From a virus (Duplodnaviria > Caudoviricetes), in IMG/VR virus record IMGVR_UViG_3300025154_000056, positions 32,001 through 96,000 of that record: a stretch of 64,000 nucleotides of DNA. One strand, 5' to 3'. Every line of letters begins with the position of its first letter. Position 1 is the stretch's first letter. The notes below the pieces were generated by a model. It saw only the letters and a program-made list of their open reading frames with translations, ran no database searches and was not told where the DNA came from. Positions 1 through 9,399 of this stretch are shown here, in pieces. The position numbers and the translations under genes were made by a program.

Positions 1-7
1 CCAATGG

Positions 8-517
8 ATGCAGAAGCAGAAGGGGCTAGCTGCTGACGCTAGCAAGCGTAGGACGGCTACTGAAAAGCAAAACAAAGCTGATCAAAAGTCGTCTCAGAAG
101 GCAAAGACCCAGCAGCAAAAGCAAGACTCTAAATCCATCAAGTCTGTTGTGAAGTCCGTCCAGAAGAACGAGCGCAAATCTGCTGTGACAGAAGCTGCAA
201 ATAGGCGGTCTGCAGTCAAAACAGTAAAGGCAGCAGCGAAGACTGCTGATGCTCGTAAGAAGAAGGCTGCTTCTCAGGTGCAAAAGCAGCACAACAAAAA
301 GGTATCCGAGGCGCGGCGCAAGTTGGCTGAATCTGGGATTCGGCAGCATGTAGCAGCTGATCGGGCTCGTAGGACGAAGGACACAGCTGTTCGCGCAGCT
401 GGATTGGTGACACGAGCGGCAAAGGCTACTATCGGAGGCGGTAAGAGCTTGGAGACGTCGCTGCGACACGGGCATGGGCAGGGTAAATCCCTAACGTCTA
501 TTTTCAACCGGAGATAG
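8..517 (+). CDS. Highly basic Lys/Ala/Arg-rich protein, probably 5'-truncated by the window edge
   Basis: ORF track; frame is open back to position 2; low-complexity K/A/R/Q composition. Confidence 0.6.
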   Translation: MQKQKGLAADASKRRTATEKQNKADQKSSQKAKTQQQKQDSKSIKSVVKSVQKNERKSAVTEAANRRSAVKTVKAAAKTADARKKKAASQVQKQHNKKVSEARRKLAESGIRQHVAADRARRTKDTAVRAAGLVTRAAKATIGGGKSLETSLRHGHGQGKSLTSIFNRR

Positions 518-518
518 C

Positions 519-1049
519 GTGTACCATATTCGATACTACGAAAAACGCATCCACCCAGACGCCCTCAAGGGTGCTTTGGGTTTCTTTGTATTTGTTCTAA
601 ACTGGATCAGGTGGAAGTTGGAAGTCCTGGTTCAGAGTCTCATGCTCAGGTACTTAGTCAAGGTAGGCGGCATTCCCAGAGACAAAGAGATTCAATTGAG
701 GAGGATGTTCTCAATGGATGTTCAGGCAGAGAAGCTCGACATGGCTCGTACTTCTCCGAATAACTCAATCATCCAAGAAGACTTCCCTACCATTGAGCGT
801 ACTGATCATTCTGAAGGCCGCTTTGGAAATGCACTGACGTCTGTGGACGATGAATCTGAAAAAGAAACAACAGTCAATAGACCAGGCTCAATTCAAGATA
901 TGATTTCTCGGTATTCTGCCCCAAAAAGAGTTAGAGGCTATGCTAGTAGGCACGAATACTTCGTGCATGACGTAACGGACGACAACGGAGAGGAGGGCGG
1001 TTTTAGAGGGATTGTCTCAGTAGGAAGAGGAGGCAAATATGGTGGATGA
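519..1049 (+). CDS. Hypothetical protein
   Basis: GGAG upstream of GTG; abuts both neighbours. Confidence 0.55.
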   Translation: MYHIRYYEKRIHPDALKGALGFFVFVLNWIRWKLEVLVQSLMLRYLVKVGGIPRDKEIQLRRMFSMDVQAEKLDMARTSPNNSIIQEDFPTIERTDHSEGRFGNALTSVDDESEKETTVNRPGSIQDMISRYSAPKRVRGYASRHEYFVHDVTDDNGEEGGFRGIVSVGRGGKYGG

Positions 1050-1749
1050 TGGTCTACATGAGGATTCCTCAGGTAATCATAAGGACCGATTTCCGTGCTT
1101 GATGCACGCTAAAGATATCCAAGATCTCAAATCCCGCACAACCCGTTTAGAGAGCGGGATGTTGGAAGTATTAGCGGAGTCGTCTGCTAGCAGGAATGCT
1201 GCTGAGGGTGCAAAGGTAGAGGCAAAAGCAACAAAGGAAATAGCCACTAAGGTATTCAACTCAATAGGTGAATTCCGAGGTGACTTTCGAGAGTACCAAA
1301 AGCAGCAGAGGCAATCCTGTAGTACCATCCATGATGGTGTGTCTGAGAGGCTAAAGTCTCTTGAAGCCAAAGACCCAGACGACATTGGGTCTGGTATCCG
1401 TTATGTCGACGAGCCAGAGCTATTAGCGGCAAAGTATGACGTCAAGTCCAAGGCTTTGGATGAATTGAAGGAGCGTCTTTCTGGTATGGAGGGCGTAGTC
1501 AGGTCCCTGGAAGACGACCGAGAAGATGCTAAGGCGGCAGCAATTCAAGCAAAAGAAGATGCTAGATCGGCAGAAGAGCAGGCTAGAGCAGATAGACGAG
1601 CAGCGGCTGAGGCTCGGAATGCTGCTGATGCTCTGATGCTGACCACGCAGTCGCAACTCAAGACTGCTAGGTACGGTATGTGGGGAGCTATTGCCACGGC
1701 GATTATCGTCGGGGTATTCGGTGTGGTTCAGGCTTTGTACGGAGGCTGA
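1039..1749 (+). CDS. Coiled-coil protein with a C-terminal transmembrane helix
   Basis: GAGG RBS; A/E/K/R heptads; terminal hydrophobic GMWGAIATAIIVGVFGVVQALY. Confidence 0.7.
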   Translation: MVDDGLHEDSSGNHKDRFPCLMHAKDIQDLKSRTTRLESGMLEVLAESSASRNAAEGAKVEAKATKEIATKVFNSIGEFRGDFREYQKQQRQSCSTIHDGVSERLKSLEAKDPDDIGSGIRYVDEPELLAAKYDVKSKALDELKERLSGMEGVVRSLEDDREDAKAAAIQAKEDARSAEEQARADRRAAAEARNAADALMLTTQSQLKTARYGMWGAIATAIIVGVFGVVQALYGG

Positions 1750-1750
1750 T

Positions 1751-2962
1751 ATGAGTAACGCGTATAGCAACAAGACTTCTGAGTCGGTACGATCGGTTTT
1801 GCAATCTGTGATGCACGCTGCTGGCGTGACTACATTGGATTTGTCCAATTCACCGTCCTTCAAATTGGTTCTTGAGAGTAGGGACGGGCAAAGTCTGTCG
1901 TACTCCCTTACTCCCTATGGTGCTGGGCAGTCGATGTCTGGGCTTGTCCGTGGAGCATATCTGGCTGTCCCTGGCTCTGGTGGTGCCGCAGATCTGGATG
2001 GCGCTTACGGAACCGGTGTCATGGTCGGCAATACTTTGGACATCACAGTACCTGCCACACCTGAGGGGCTGGATCCGGTACCCGCTGATGCCATCATCTA
2101 CGCAGTCAAGACCACGGCTGGCGGCAAACCAAAGTCTTTGAATGCTGTTCGGTTGTCGGCCACGCAGATTCGTGTGTACTCCGATGGTACCGGGTACAGC
2201 GGGCCCAATGAAGTTGATACAGTACCCGCGACTCTGGTGGCTGGTACCAGAGACATCACGACCAACGTCGCGCCTGCTACGACCGACCTACTGTTCGTGG
2301 AGCAGGTGACTGCTGGTGGCGGGGCTGCACAGCATTATGCAGCATTTCGAAAAGACGCCACGGATATTACTATTCAGGCGTATAGCGCTGCTGGCGCTTT
2401 GGTTGCGACGAATACCGCTACTGTTCGGGCACACAAGTTCCCGGTCGGAGCTGCTGCTGCTGCTACTGCTACCGGTACTCTGGTTGCTGGTGTGGCTACG
2501 ATTGCGCTCACCAATGCAGCTGGCGATATTCTCTTGGTCAAGCAGGAGACCGCTGGTGGCACGGCGGCGAATCACTTCTCCGTAGTTCGCGTTGACAACA
2601 ACTCAGTGAAGGTCTACGCACACACGGTTGCAGGGGCTCTGCAAGCACTCAACACCTCGGCAGTGCGCGTGTACAACATGGGCGCAGTCAAGGCAGCAGC
2701 GAGTACCTTGGTGGCTGGTACCATGGACATCCTTCTGACAGTGGCTGCTGCTGATCGGCTTTCCGTGAAAGAGATCACGGCGGGAGGCGACCCGGCTACT
2801 AGTTTCGTTGTATTCCGAAAGGATGCGGACGAAGTCACTGTCGTTGCTTTGGATGCGACTCCTGCGAAGGTGGCAACGAATACGTCTGTCGTCCAGGTAT
2901 ATAACCACGGTCAGTCCGGGGCTGAGACGTCGACCATTCGTTGGGCTGTCGTTCGACCGTAG
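1751..2962 (+). CDS. Repeat-containing beta-rich putative virion fibre/decoration protein
   Basis: GGAGG then ATG 1751; three ~75-aa repeats TLVAG...TAGG...NTS/AxVxVY; Ala/Thr/Val-rich. Confidence 0.7.
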   Translation: MSNAYSNKTSESVRSVLQSVMHAAGVTTLDLSNSPSFKLVLESRDGQSLSYSLTPYGAGQSMSGLVRGAYLAVPGSGGAADLDGAYGTGVMVGNTLDITVPATPEGLDPVPADAIIYAVKTTAGGKPKSLNAVRLSATQIRVYSDGTGYSGPNEVDTVPATLVAGTRDITTNVAPATTDLLFVEQVTAGGGAAQHYAAFRKDATDITIQAYSAAGALVATNTATVRAHKFPVGAAAAATATGTLVAGVATIALTNAAGDILLVKQETAGGTAANHFSVVRVDNNSVKVYAHTVAGALQALNTSAVRVYNMGAVKAAASTLVAGTMDILLTVAAADRLSVKEITAGGDPATSFVVFRKDADEVTVVALDATPAKVATNTSVVQVYNHGQSGAETSTIRWAVVRP

Positions 2963-3007
2963 GCGGCGCAGTACAGTCCAGTCCAAAGGCACTGAGCAGA
3001 GGTAATT

Positions 3008-3793
3008 ATGGGATTTTCATTTGACGTAACTAGGACAGTTCCTGCGGCAGCTGTGGAAGCACAGCCAGTAGACAACAACGACCCTATCGTACAGAAGCTT
3101 CCTGGGCTGGACGCAGAAGATATTGACTCTTTGCTTATGTCGGCTGTAGGGGCTGACATGACTTACGAGTTGGGAGTCTGGGACACCACAGCAGCAGTAG
3201 ACACTTGGATTGTGGTAGACACTGGTACTCTATTGAATGGGGTACCTTATGAGGTGGCGTTCCAGTACTTCTCAAAAGAAGGAACTCAAATATACTGCAG
3301 GGCTACGGTAGCGCCAGCAGCGGACGTGTCTCTACGCATCAAAGAAGTGACTGGCAGCGGTACTTCTGCTGGCCCGCTGCCTTTGGGTGCGGCTACTGAG
3401 ACAAAACAAGATGCCCAAATAGTACTTGAAACAGCTATCAGTAGTAAGCTCCCTGCCACCCTAGGCGCCAAAGCCGGCGCGGCCTCCCTCTCGGTGGTCC
3501 CCGCGACGGACTCGGGGCTGGCGACTTCGGGGAAACAAGACACGCTGCAAACCGCGATCAACCTGATCAAGCCCGGCTTGAGCGGCCCCGTGGTCGACTA
3601 CTCGGGGGGCGACGTCACCTACGCGGGAGGCGTGCAGCTCTTCGTCGCAGTCGCCGGAACGCTGAAGTACGACGACGCGAATGGCAACGCGGCGCAAGTG
3701 CTGAGCGACATTCCGGCAGGCGTCACGACTCCGTGGCTCGTGACTAAGGTGTACAAGGTCGGCACGTCGGCTGTCCTGGTGGCGGTGTCCTGA
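3008..3793 (+). CDS. Putative virion protein, chimeric (3' half belongs to a high-GC segment)
   Basis: GAGG RBS; ATxxKQD motif twice; base composition changes near 3460. Confidence 0.65.
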   Translation: MGFSFDVTRTVPAAAVEAQPVDNNDPIVQKLPGLDAEDIDSLLMSAVGADMTYELGVWDTTAAVDTWIVVDTGTLLNGVPYEVAFQYFSKEGTQIYCRATVAPAADVSLRIKEVTGSGTSAGPLPLGAATETKQDAQIVLETAISSKLPATLGAKAGAASLSVVPATDSGLATSGKQDTLQTAINLIKPGLSGPVVDYSGGDVTYAGGVQLFVAVAGTLKYDDANGNAAQVLSDIPAGVTTPWLVTKVYKVGTSAVLVAVS

Positions 3794-5514
3794 TGGCGTC
3801 GCGCTCTGCTCGTGGTCGTGGACGCGTGTTCGGCGCCGCCCCCGTCTGGCCCACCACGCTACCCAGCGCGTCGATGGGTCCGTTTTCAAACACCGCCTAT
3901 ATCACCGGGGATACGCAGCCCGCGTTCGACGACGAGGAAACGTTCGTGCTGCTATTCGAAATGCCCGCAGCGGTTAGCGCTGGCGCGTACGAGTTTTTGT
4001 GGTGTTGTGAGAACGCGGACTTGACCAAGGGCTTTTCGATTATAGCGTATGGCGACGCAGGTTCTGCGTTGATCGCTGTTCGGCCCGGGGGCTTTTACTT
4101 CAAGCCGCTCACGTGGCGCATTGGGCTAAATTGTCTAGTGCTCACCAGGAAGGCAGCGGGCGAGATACGATACTCGCTCAACGGCGCCGCCGCCGCGCAA
4201 TGGGTAGCGAGCGCGGCGGCGTCGACTGTCGACGTGACGTGCGTGCAGCAGATCGGCGCGCTCAACGGCGCATACGCGACAGAAGACTGGCGTATGCTGG
4301 AGGTCGCTCACATCGGCGTTGAAACGTCGGACGCGGACATGGCGCTATGGTCCAACGTCGTCAACGAGGACGATCGCTACCACCTGTCATCCGCTGTCCG
4401 AGAGCACGCCTCGCTCGTGTCCAATTGGTCGGCTGATCGGGATTGGGACGGAGGAGCCTCTACCGTATCAGGGCTAGGGTCTGCCCCCACTACGTGGACC
4501 CTTACAGATACAATTGTGCGCAATACGATCGAGTCCGAATGGCTGCTGACCGAAAGGCAAGCGTGGTGGCACGACTCGCACACATACGAAGACGAAACGA
4601 CGCACAACCGGCGGAACATCTTCGCCCGCGCTCGGATCATCACTGATGCAACGCGGATCGTCGTCGACGCCTACAACACGATCTTCACAGCGTTTCCGGC
4701 GTACGCCGGGGTCGGAGTCTACGTGGGAGGCGCGTACGATGATCAGGCGCTGGCAAACAAGGTCAACGCGAGCACCGCAAAGGACCTAGCGTTTGCGGCG
4801 GGTAGTAAGACGCTGGACTTCGTCGACGGTTTACAAACCAACCCGCCTGGGACAGTGCTCGGAACATACACTACACGCGTGCGAATTCCCAAAAGCGCGT
4901 CCTATTCGGTCGTGCTTGCGTCTCCGCCAGCCGATAGGCTGGTGGTCTATGGCGACTCGATCGCCAGCGGCGGCACCGCGACAATCGGCGTGCGCGACGC
5001 GTGGCCGTTGCTCGTGCGTGGCGACTATTCGGGCGGAGTATTGGTGGAGTCTTGGGGTTACCGGTCTTTGTACGACGACGCGAACACCGCTGGACTTCGC
5101 GCCGCGTTCGTTGCGCAACTTGTGGCGCTTTGCGATGGCACTTCGTCAAACACGCTATGGCTGGCGATTGGGACCAACGACTACGGCCTAAGCAAGTGGA
5201 CGGCAGCAGCCTTCGGCGTGGCGTATGCTGCGCTACTGGACGACTTGCACACCGCGCTACCGGCGTTGACGATCTATTGCCAGACGCCGCTCACGCGTGG
5301 CACAGAGACCGCTAACGGTAGCGGGTCGACGTTGCCAGAGTATCGCGCGGAGATCGCGACGGCGGTGTCTACGCGTGGGGCGTATTGCACGCTGGTGGAC
5401 GGGACGACGCTCACGACGTACCCAGGCACAGACTATGACGCTGACACCATCCACCTGACAACAGCGGGACACGCGTCCTACAAGGCAGCCGTAAAGGCGG
5501 TATTGGGATACTAG
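3793..5514 (+). CDS. SGNH/GDSL hydrolase (esterase) with N-terminal LamG/concanavalin-like beta-sandwich
   Basis: SGNH blocks: VVYGDSIA, IGTNDY, DTIHLTTAGH; TGATG coupling to upstream gene; the LamG call is tentative. Confidence 0.85.
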   Translation: MASRSARGRGRVFGAAPVWPTTLPSASMGPFSNTAYITGDTQPAFDDEETFVLLFEMPAAVSAGAYEFLWCCENADLTKGFSIIAYGDAGSALIAVRPGGFYFKPLTWRIGLNCLVLTRKAAGEIRYSLNGAAAAQWVASAAASTVDVTCVQQIGALNGAYATEDWRMLEVAHIGVETSDADMALWSNVVNEDDRYHLSSAVREHASLVSNWSADRDWDGGASTVSGLGSAPTTWTLTDTIVRNTIESEWLLTERQAWWHDSHTYEDETTHNRRNIFARARIITDATRIVVDAYNTIFTAFPAYAGVGVYVGGAYDDQALANKVNASTAKDLAFAAGSKTLDFVDGLQTNPPGTVLGTYTTRVRIPKSASYSVVLASPPADRLVVYGDSIASGGTATIGVRDAWPLLVRGDYSGGVLVESWGYRSLYDDANTAGLRAAFVAQLVALCDGTSSNTLWLAIGTNDYGLSKWTAAAFGVAYAALLDDLHTALPALTIYCQTPLTRGTETANGSGSTLPEYRAEIATAVSTRGAYCTLVDGTTLTTYPGTDYDADTIHLTTAGHASYKAAVKAVLGY

Positions 5515-5688
5515 ATGACCACCAAGCCCCCGGCCGACGATCGATCGTCAAGGAGATAGCCAAGTGACCGACGTACTATCCACAATCCAATCCGCAGCAG
5601 TCTACGCTGTAATCGTGGTCGCCACCGTCGAGGCCGCTGTCTGTTGACCTCTCGCTCACTGCTTCTGTAACTAAAGGAATGATTTGTA

Positions 5689-7908
5689 ATGCCTCTAGCT
5701 TTTTTCAACACTGGTACAAGCGCTGGCGGGGCCATTCCTTTTCAGCGGGTAGTAGAACCGCAACAGCTGGGGATGTTTCTGAACCTGGAACAGGCAGAGC
5801 TACTCAGGATTCAGCGATACAATGAAGGCTGGAGGTTTTACTTCGGGAAGCATTGGCTGTTTACCAGGAGTGATGGTGAACCTCTAGTCACGGTCAATTA
5901 CTTCAGGAAGATTATCGATAAGTCGGTGAGCTTCCTGGTGGGTAAAAGCTTCACAGTCCAGGTACCCGAGGCGGTGGAACAAGTCACGAAGCCGTTCATC
6001 GACGAAGTGTGGAAATACAATAAGCGAGATATGTTCGCTTATGACTCGGCTACCATGGGTGCGGTGACCGGCGACGTGTTTGTGCTCATCACTTCAGAGC
6101 AGCCTTCGATCATGCAGCGTAGAATCAACCCGTACTCAAAGGGTCGTATTCGTATAAACCTACTTGGCAGCGAGCAAGTATTCCCGTCTTGGGATCCAGT
6201 GGATATGGACACCATGACGTCTGCGCGTATAGAGACAATCTATTATGCAGAACGTGGTGTTGATAACCCTGCAGTAGACGGCAGACAAATTGTGACTCGT
6301 AGATTCACACAGACGATCACAGCTGACCGAATCATCAAGCAGTACCATGGTCAGATGCCCGTCATAGAGGCGAATAGACTTGGCGAGATTCCAGTAGTTC
6401 ACATCAAGAACATGCCCATACCTAGGGAGTACTATGGTCTTCCTGATGGGCTCGATGTTGTTGATCTCCAACGTGAGTACAATGAGAAGAGCACTGACAT
6501 ATCAGACTCTATCAATTATCATAGTAGCCCCGTGACTGTGGTGTTTGGCGCGAAGGCAAAGCAACTACAACGTGGTGCAAAGCAGGTGTGGTCGGGGCTC
6601 CCGACTGACGCCAGGGTTGAGACACTCAAGCTCGAAGGCGACATGACTGCTGCTGTGAACTACCTCGATCGGGTGAAGAAGAGTATCCACGAGGTCAGCG
6701 ACATCCCCGAAGGCACTCTTGGTACAATGCAGCCCATCTCCAACACGTCGGGCGTTGCACTGCACACGCAGTACCAGCCTCTCATTGAGAAGACTGCGCG
6801 CAAGCGAACGATGTACAAGGACGGCTTCGAACAAATCAACTACTTCATCCTCCGTATTGGCATGTCTCTTGGTCAGCTTTATGTTCCGTTTGATTTGTGT
6901 AAGTCGTGCGGTGGCAGGATTGTTGAGGTCATCAATCCTAATAAGACGCAACCTATGTGGAACGTAGAGACTGAGTCTTACGACCAGGTCCCTGTGCGGG
7001 AAAAGAAGTGCTATCACATTGATAAGCAGACGCTTGAATTCAACGAGCCAGACGACATGCGGATCAAGTTCTGGCGCAACTACGGATTCGGGCGTGAGCT
7101 GCGAGAGATGCGGTTCAAGGACATCAAGGTGGAGATGCAGCGAGAGGGCTCCTTCTGGGACTACACCAAGCTCCTAGACGCCCTGAAGTCTGACTTTGCA
7201 CGCAGGTGGGTGCAGCAGAACCCTCATCTGTTCCCGGAGCCTGTGGATGTCCTTCCTGACGGTAGGGTGGTGGGTCTACCTCGCCCGCCCCAGCAGCCTC
7301 AGGTCGACGCCATGGGCAATGATATGCCACTACCTGATCAGACCATGGGGCCTGACGGCAACCCAGCAGCACCTAGCCAGGTTCCGTACCCTGAGTGGAT
7401 GCAGCAGGATATCATCCCTGAAGAAGAGATTGATATACCTGAAGAGCCTGAGCATGTACTAGTGGTGAATACACTGGTTCACCCAGAGTCTGGTCAGATA
7501 GTTGGTGAGGAATTGACAGAGAAGTTCATTGTCCCTACTGGGTGCAGGAACCCTCAATACCTCAACCCGTTTGAGACTGACGTCTCTTTCCAAGATGTGT
7601 TGCCCAAGGATAGGGCAATGGAAGCTCAGCTATTCGCACAGTACCAAGAGAATGGTTGGACTGATGCGTATTGGGCCCAAGAGCAAATCCCTGAGATTGC
7701 AGAGTCTGTGGCGGAGATTCGAAAGCGAATGAAGTCCGCAGCAAATGCACCTGGCATGCAGCCCGGTGTTGCCCCAGGGCAGGTTGCTAACCAGCCTCAG
7801 CCTATGTCCAACCCCTTTGAGACTCAACTATCACCTACGGCCACCCCCGCAGCGTCGGTACCCGGGCTGAGAGGTAATCCGACGCTACTGACTCAGCAGC
7901 CCATGTGA
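5689..7908 (+). CDS. Portal protein (SPP1 gp6-like) with a large internal insertion
   Basis: NYFRKIIDKSVSFLVGK, GEIPVVHIKN, GLPD...DLQREYN, SNTSGVAL, VSFQDVLPKD; position upstream of scaffold and capsid. Confidence 0.88.
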   Translation: MPLAFFNTGTSAGGAIPFQRVVEPQQLGMFLNLEQAELLRIQRYNEGWRFYFGKHWLFTRSDGEPLVTVNYFRKIIDKSVSFLVGKSFTVQVPEAVEQVTKPFIDEVWKYNKRDMFAYDSATMGAVTGDVFVLITSEQPSIMQRRINPYSKGRIRINLLGSEQVFPSWDPVDMDTMTSARIETIYYAERGVDNPAVDGRQIVTRRFTQTITADRIIKQYHGQMPVIEANRLGEIPVVHIKNMPIPREYYGLPDGLDVVDLQREYNEKSTDISDSINYHSSPVTVVFGAKAKQLQRGAKQVWSGLPTDARVETLKLEGDMTAAVNYLDRVKKSIHEVSDIPEGTLGTMQPISNTSGVALHTQYQPLIEKTARKRTMYKDGFEQINYFILRIGMSLGQLYVPFDLCKSCGGRIVEVINPNKTQPMWNVETESYDQVPVREKKCYHIDKQTLEFNEPDDMRIKFWRNYGFGRELREMRFKDIKVEMQREGSFWDYTKLLDALKSDFARRWVQQNPHLFPEPVDVLPDGRVVGLPRPPQQPQVDAMGNDMPLPDQTMGPDGNPAAPSQVPYPEWMQQDIIPEEEIDIPEEPEHVLVVNTLVHPESGQIVGEELTEKFIVPTGCRNPQYLNPFETDVSFQDVLPKDRAMEAQLFAQYQENGWTDAYWAQEQIPEIAESVAEIRKRMKSAANAPGMQPGVAPGQVANQPQPMSNPFETQLSPTATPAASVPGLRGNPTLLTQQPM

Positions 7909-7916
7909 GGTGTGTT

Positions 7917-8282
7917 ATGCGAGTGCCCAATGGATTTGAACCGTCTGAATTCTCAAAGATGATTCTGGCTGACACAGAGAGTGCACTTGCGGAGAAGCGA
8001 GAGCGGACCTCGTCTGGAGGGGATAGGGCAGTAGGCAGGAACGAGCAGTACATGGCTGAGGCTGAGGGCCAGGTGGCCCCGTTCCTACTCAAGAGTATTG
8101 AGAGGGACGCGCAGCGGCGCAATTACTACATTGTACCTGGCGGGGCCCGTATCTGGACTGATAAAGACGAACTTGAATTCGAAGACGGGAAGGTTGAATT
8201 TGAAGATTACTCATATGATGCCCCTGATGAGCACGAAGCTTTGGGACACGACAAGGTACCGTCGGTAGGGCCCAGACAATGA
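7917..8282 (+). CDS. Hypothetical protein (head cluster)
   Basis: GAGGT RBS before ATG 7917; ATGA coupling to next gene. Confidence 0.6.
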   Translation: MRVPNGFEPSEFSKMILADTESALAEKRERTSSGGDRAVGRNEQYMAEAEGQVAPFLLKSIERDAQRRNYYIVPGGARIWTDKDELEFEDGKVEFEDYSYDAPDEHEALGHDKVPSVGPRQ

Positions 8283-8527
8283 GTGATGTAACCCGAAGCA
8301 GGCGCAAGCGAGTCAAGCGGCTCTTGACTGAGTCTGGCGTCCCAGAAAGAGCCCACAAGGCATTCCTTGATAGGGACAGTAAGGAGCATGGCATGAAGGG
8401 TAAGAAGACCAAGAAGAAGCACGGCATGACAGGAGCGGTGAAGCCCTCAGGTGTACCAGCTGGTGGAGGTGACCAGGTACATGGCAAAGGAAAAAAGAAG
8501 ACGATGAAAAAGAAGGGGAAGTGCTAA
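8279..8527 (+). CDS. Small very basic protein
   Basis: K/R-rich, KHGM repeated; coupled to upstream gene. Confidence 0.6.
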   Translation: MSDVTRSRRKRVKRLLTESGVPERAHKAFLDRDSKEHGMKGKKTKKKHGMTGAVKPSGVPAGGGDQVHGKGKKKTMKKKGKC

Positions 8528-8545
8528 TACAGAAAGAGCAGTCCA

Positions 8546-8716
8546 ATGACAGGTACACTCGACCCGCATATGGAAGAGATTGATATCGGCCCCAAAAGCC
8601 CGCTCAAACGTAGAGAAACACCGATGACTCACGCGGACTATGAGATGGAAGAGATGGAGCGGGAATTTGAAGCTGAACCTGGGTTTACTTGGCAAGAACG
8701 GCAAGATGGGGTATAA
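8546..8716 (+). CDS. Small acidic hypothetical protein (56 aa; not in ORF track)
   Basis: Manual translation MTGTLDPHMEEIDIGPKSPLKRRETPMTHADYEMEEMEREFEAEPGFTWQERQDGV; fills the gap between genes. Confidence 0.55.
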   Translation: MTGTLDPHMEEIDIGPKSPLKRRETPMTHADYEMEEMEREFEAEPGFTWQERQDGV

Positions 8717-8728
8717 CGGTAGGTGGAT

Positions 8729-9061
8729 ATGGATGTACTATCTTCAAGCGTTATACCTGGAGAGGTAATTGAAGTCTCTCCTGGTGAATTTGTGGAAGTC
8801 ACTACGTACGACGGCGATCCGATTCATTTCGAAGGTGGGTCAAAAGCTCCAGCCAATTACTCACCTGAACTACCTTCAGATCCAAAGACCATCAAATACC
8901 CTGGCAGCTATTCTGGCAGGGTAGTGAACGTAAAGGGACGCGAGAACGGTACAGTCGTGTCGGGTTTCAAGTGTCCGGTTTGTCCGTTCTGCGCAAAGAG
9001 CGCTACTGGGTTTCGACGCCACATGCGGGCGAAACACGGCTCACGGTTTTTTGAATACTGA
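8729..9061 (+). CDS. Protein with C-terminal C2H2-type zinc finger
   Basis: FKCPVCPFCAKSATGFRRHMRAKH. Confidence 0.7.
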   Translation: MDVLSSSVIPGEVIEVSPGEFVEVTTYDGDPIHFEGGSKAPANYSPELPSDPKTIKYPGSYSGRVVNVKGRENGTVVSGFKCPVCPFCAKSATGFRRHMRAKHGSRFFEY

Positions 9062-9073
9062 AGGAGCAATTGA

Positions 9074-9361
9074 ATGAATACGAGCAAGGCCGGAAGCGGC
9101 AACTACCAGAACCTGGGTGTGGGCAACTCGTCCTCACACTCCCTGAGTGCCACCATCAAGGGCAAGTACCCGACCCCTCCGGGCGGGCACACCAGCCAGG
9201 GCGAGACTCCTGGTGCTGGGTCCATCTACTCGGCTCAACTCAATGAGCGTCCGAACATCTCCAACACGCGTAATCGCGGCCCGGAGCGTTCTCCCTCTAT
9301 CGCAGGGGCGAAGTCGATGCCCATCGTGACCGCGAGTCAGCGGAACACCGGCAAGATCTAG
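9074..9361 (+). CDS. Small Gly/Ser/Pro-rich protein
   Basis: AAGGAG RBS; strongly C/G-ending codons like the capsid gene. Confidence 0.65.
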   Translation: MNTSKAGSGNYQNLGVGNSSSHSLSATIKGKYPTPPGGHTSQGETPGAGSIYSAQLNERPNISNTRNRGPERSPSIAGAKSMPIVTASQRNTGKI

Positions 9362-9399
9362 CTCTCCTATCTTTGGACTCATATCTCTAGGAGACTAAT

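Noticed and set aside
6898-7560. Portal insertion as an intein
   Set aside because: No intein block A/B pattern, no terminal HN followed by C/S/T, no LAGLIDADG motifs.
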